Shown: piece after piece, positions 56,962-63,957 of the stretch
How positions within the stretch are numbered: position 1 is the first letter of the stretch
Layout of the letters: every line of letters starts with the position of its first letter
Assembly: GCA_009692705.1 (NCBI GenBank)
Contig: SHYR01000004.1
Coordinates: 1-63,957 of the forward strand
Direction of reading: 5' to 3'
Source of the DNA: Dehalococcoidia bacterium
GTDB taxonomy: Bacteria; Chloroflexota; Dehalococcoidia; UBA2979
DNA: 63,957 nt
Position numbers and translations under genes: made by a program
Notes under the pieces: generated by a model
Told to the model about the DNA's origin: nothing
The model's database searches: none
The model's input: only the letters and a program-made list of their open reading frames with translations

Positions 56962-57135
56962 TGCCTTTCCGCCCGCCCCGGCATACCATCGGTGGCACGT
57001 TGGGCGCGGCGGCACATCCGTATGTCATTCCGCTGAGAGACACTTGGCGGCGGGCCGCCGCCAGACGTCTGTCCGCGTCCCAGACCGCCTCATCCTGGCC
57101 ACCCAGTGTCCCGCGGTACACGGTAGGAGTCAGCA

Positions 57136-63957
<6,822 letters not shown>

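Overview
The window is very GC-rich (about 70% by eye, not computed) and is chromosomal core DNA, apparently origin-proximal, from a Gram-positive-like or deep-branching lineage. Candidate phyla are Chloroflexota/Thermomicrobia-like or deep Actinomycetota; I cannot decide from the sequence alone. It opens with the conserved operon rpmH-rnpA-yidD-yidC-jag-(pfkB*)-parA-parB, which carries one perfect parS site. Housekeeping genes follow: ricT-holB-lysA, a mutY-like gene, groES-groEL with CIRCE, tsaD, moaAC, rdgB, an archaeal-type FBP aldolase/phosphatase, folC, fabF, scpB, rimO, rpsT, murJ, a T-box leader with ileS, proBA, a split transketolase, glxK, and rpoB-rpoC (rpoC runs off the 3' end). 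I found no tRNA, rRNA, CRISPR array, transposase, integrase or obvious complete defence or toxin system. The many very long Arg/Ala/Gly/Pro-rich ORFs antisense to real genes are high-GC artefacts. Points worth a second look: (1) five disrupted or truncated genes (two with single in-frame TAG codons, one frameshifted at a C3G5 run, one with TGA plus a frameshift, and one PglX/type IIG-like fragment fused between parB and ridA); (2) a T-box leader in front of ileS with no Ile codon where the specifier should be; (3) three low-GC islands (34.2-34.8 kb, 50.4 kb, 56.3-57.0 kb) carrying micro-ORFs, palindromes and repeats; (4) a recurrent TTGCTY-N18-TAnnnT promoter pattern, with several start codons 6-8 nt after the -10 box (probably leaderless mRNAs); (5) a YidD domain fused in frame to a beta-propeller lipoprotein, with parS at the junction. 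Function calls rest on motif recognition by eye, and all start codons are provisional.
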